A stretch of DNA of 64,000 nt from Chiloscyllium plagiosum. Its lineage: Eukaryota. The stretch lies in assembly GCF_004010195.1 (NCBI RefSeq), contig NC_057718.1, positions 3,260,092-3,324,091 of the forward strand, written 5' to 3'. The notes beneath the pieces are model-generated. The model saw nothing but the letters and a program-made list of their open reading frames with translations, was not told where the DNA came from and made no database searches. Numbering within the stretch: the first letter of the stretch is position 1; every line of letters starts with the position of its first letter. Positions 63,492-64,000 of this stretch are shown here, piece by piece. A program made the translations under genes and the position numbers.

Positions 63492-63712
63492 GTAAAAACA
63501 ATGACTGCAGGTATTGGAAACCAGATACTGGATTAGTGGTGCTGGAAAAGCACAGCAGCCCAGGCAGCATCCGAGGAGCAGTAAAATCGACGTTTCGGGC
63601 AAACGCCCTTCATTAGGAAAGGCTTTTGTCCAAAACATCGATTTTACTGTTCCTTGGATGCTGCCTGAACTGCTGTGCTATTCCAGCACCACTAATCCAG
63701 AATACTATCTTG
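63492..63712. mobile_element. Palindromic solo Penelope pLTR pair
   Basis: Inverted arms ctggattagtggtgctggaa... / ...ttccagcaccactaatccag centred on hammerhead-like cores. Confidence 0.8.
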
Positions 63713-64000
63713 GCTCTCCAATCCTTTGAGAAACATTGAGTCCACTTTCTGTTGGAAGGTCTCAGACACACATTGCAGCTCCTGGCGCTGCTCTCTCTGT
63801 GTCCCCCTCTGACTGTTCTGTTCATCAGCTTCCTCCCAGCACCAGTGGTTTCTCCTCCAGACTCTGATTATCTCTGTACTGTCCCCAGGGCCCCATTCCT
63901 GAGCACCTCATTATCATCATTTCACCCTCAGAAACCTGCTCAACATTTCCATCTCCCCCATCACTGCACAGTCCCTCCACCTCCTCCAAATTTCCCAAGA

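Overview
This is vertebrate genomic DNA, almost certainly from a shark (HE1/V-SINEs, CR1 LINEs, Penelope-like elements, Gypsy LTR remnants), with three assembly gaps. Most of the window is transposon debris, and most entries in the ORF track are TE fragments or noise. Hidden among the repeats is a spliced gene of at least 32 kb on the minus strand, which I rebuilt from splice sites and exon phases. It has three intact 345-bp antigen-receptor-like V exons, each with a germline J-like G strand and no RSS (50308-49964, 37046-36702, 34933-34589). These are followed by a fourth, disabled V exon (29191-28846), an uncharged transmembrane exon (28305-28155) and four small cytoplasmic exons (26372-26329, 21878-21805, 19330-19289, 18086-18044). 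The joined tail carries YENV-x8-YQCL and a canonical ITAM, DSDSTYM|PLQQWDRSIYSEL, split by a phase-0 intron at the same position as in CD3/FcR-gamma/DAP12. The predicted product is a non-rearranging multi-V-domain activating immune receptor with its own ITAM; I cannot assign it to a named family. A deleted paralogous V exon on the plus strand (3831-4035) and a 500-bp tandem duplication of half a V exon suggest an evolving multigene cluster. The Penelope ends carry hammerhead-ribozyme cores, and several occur as short palindromic solo elements. The gene model is inferred from genomic sequence only, and its start codon and terminal exon are not established.
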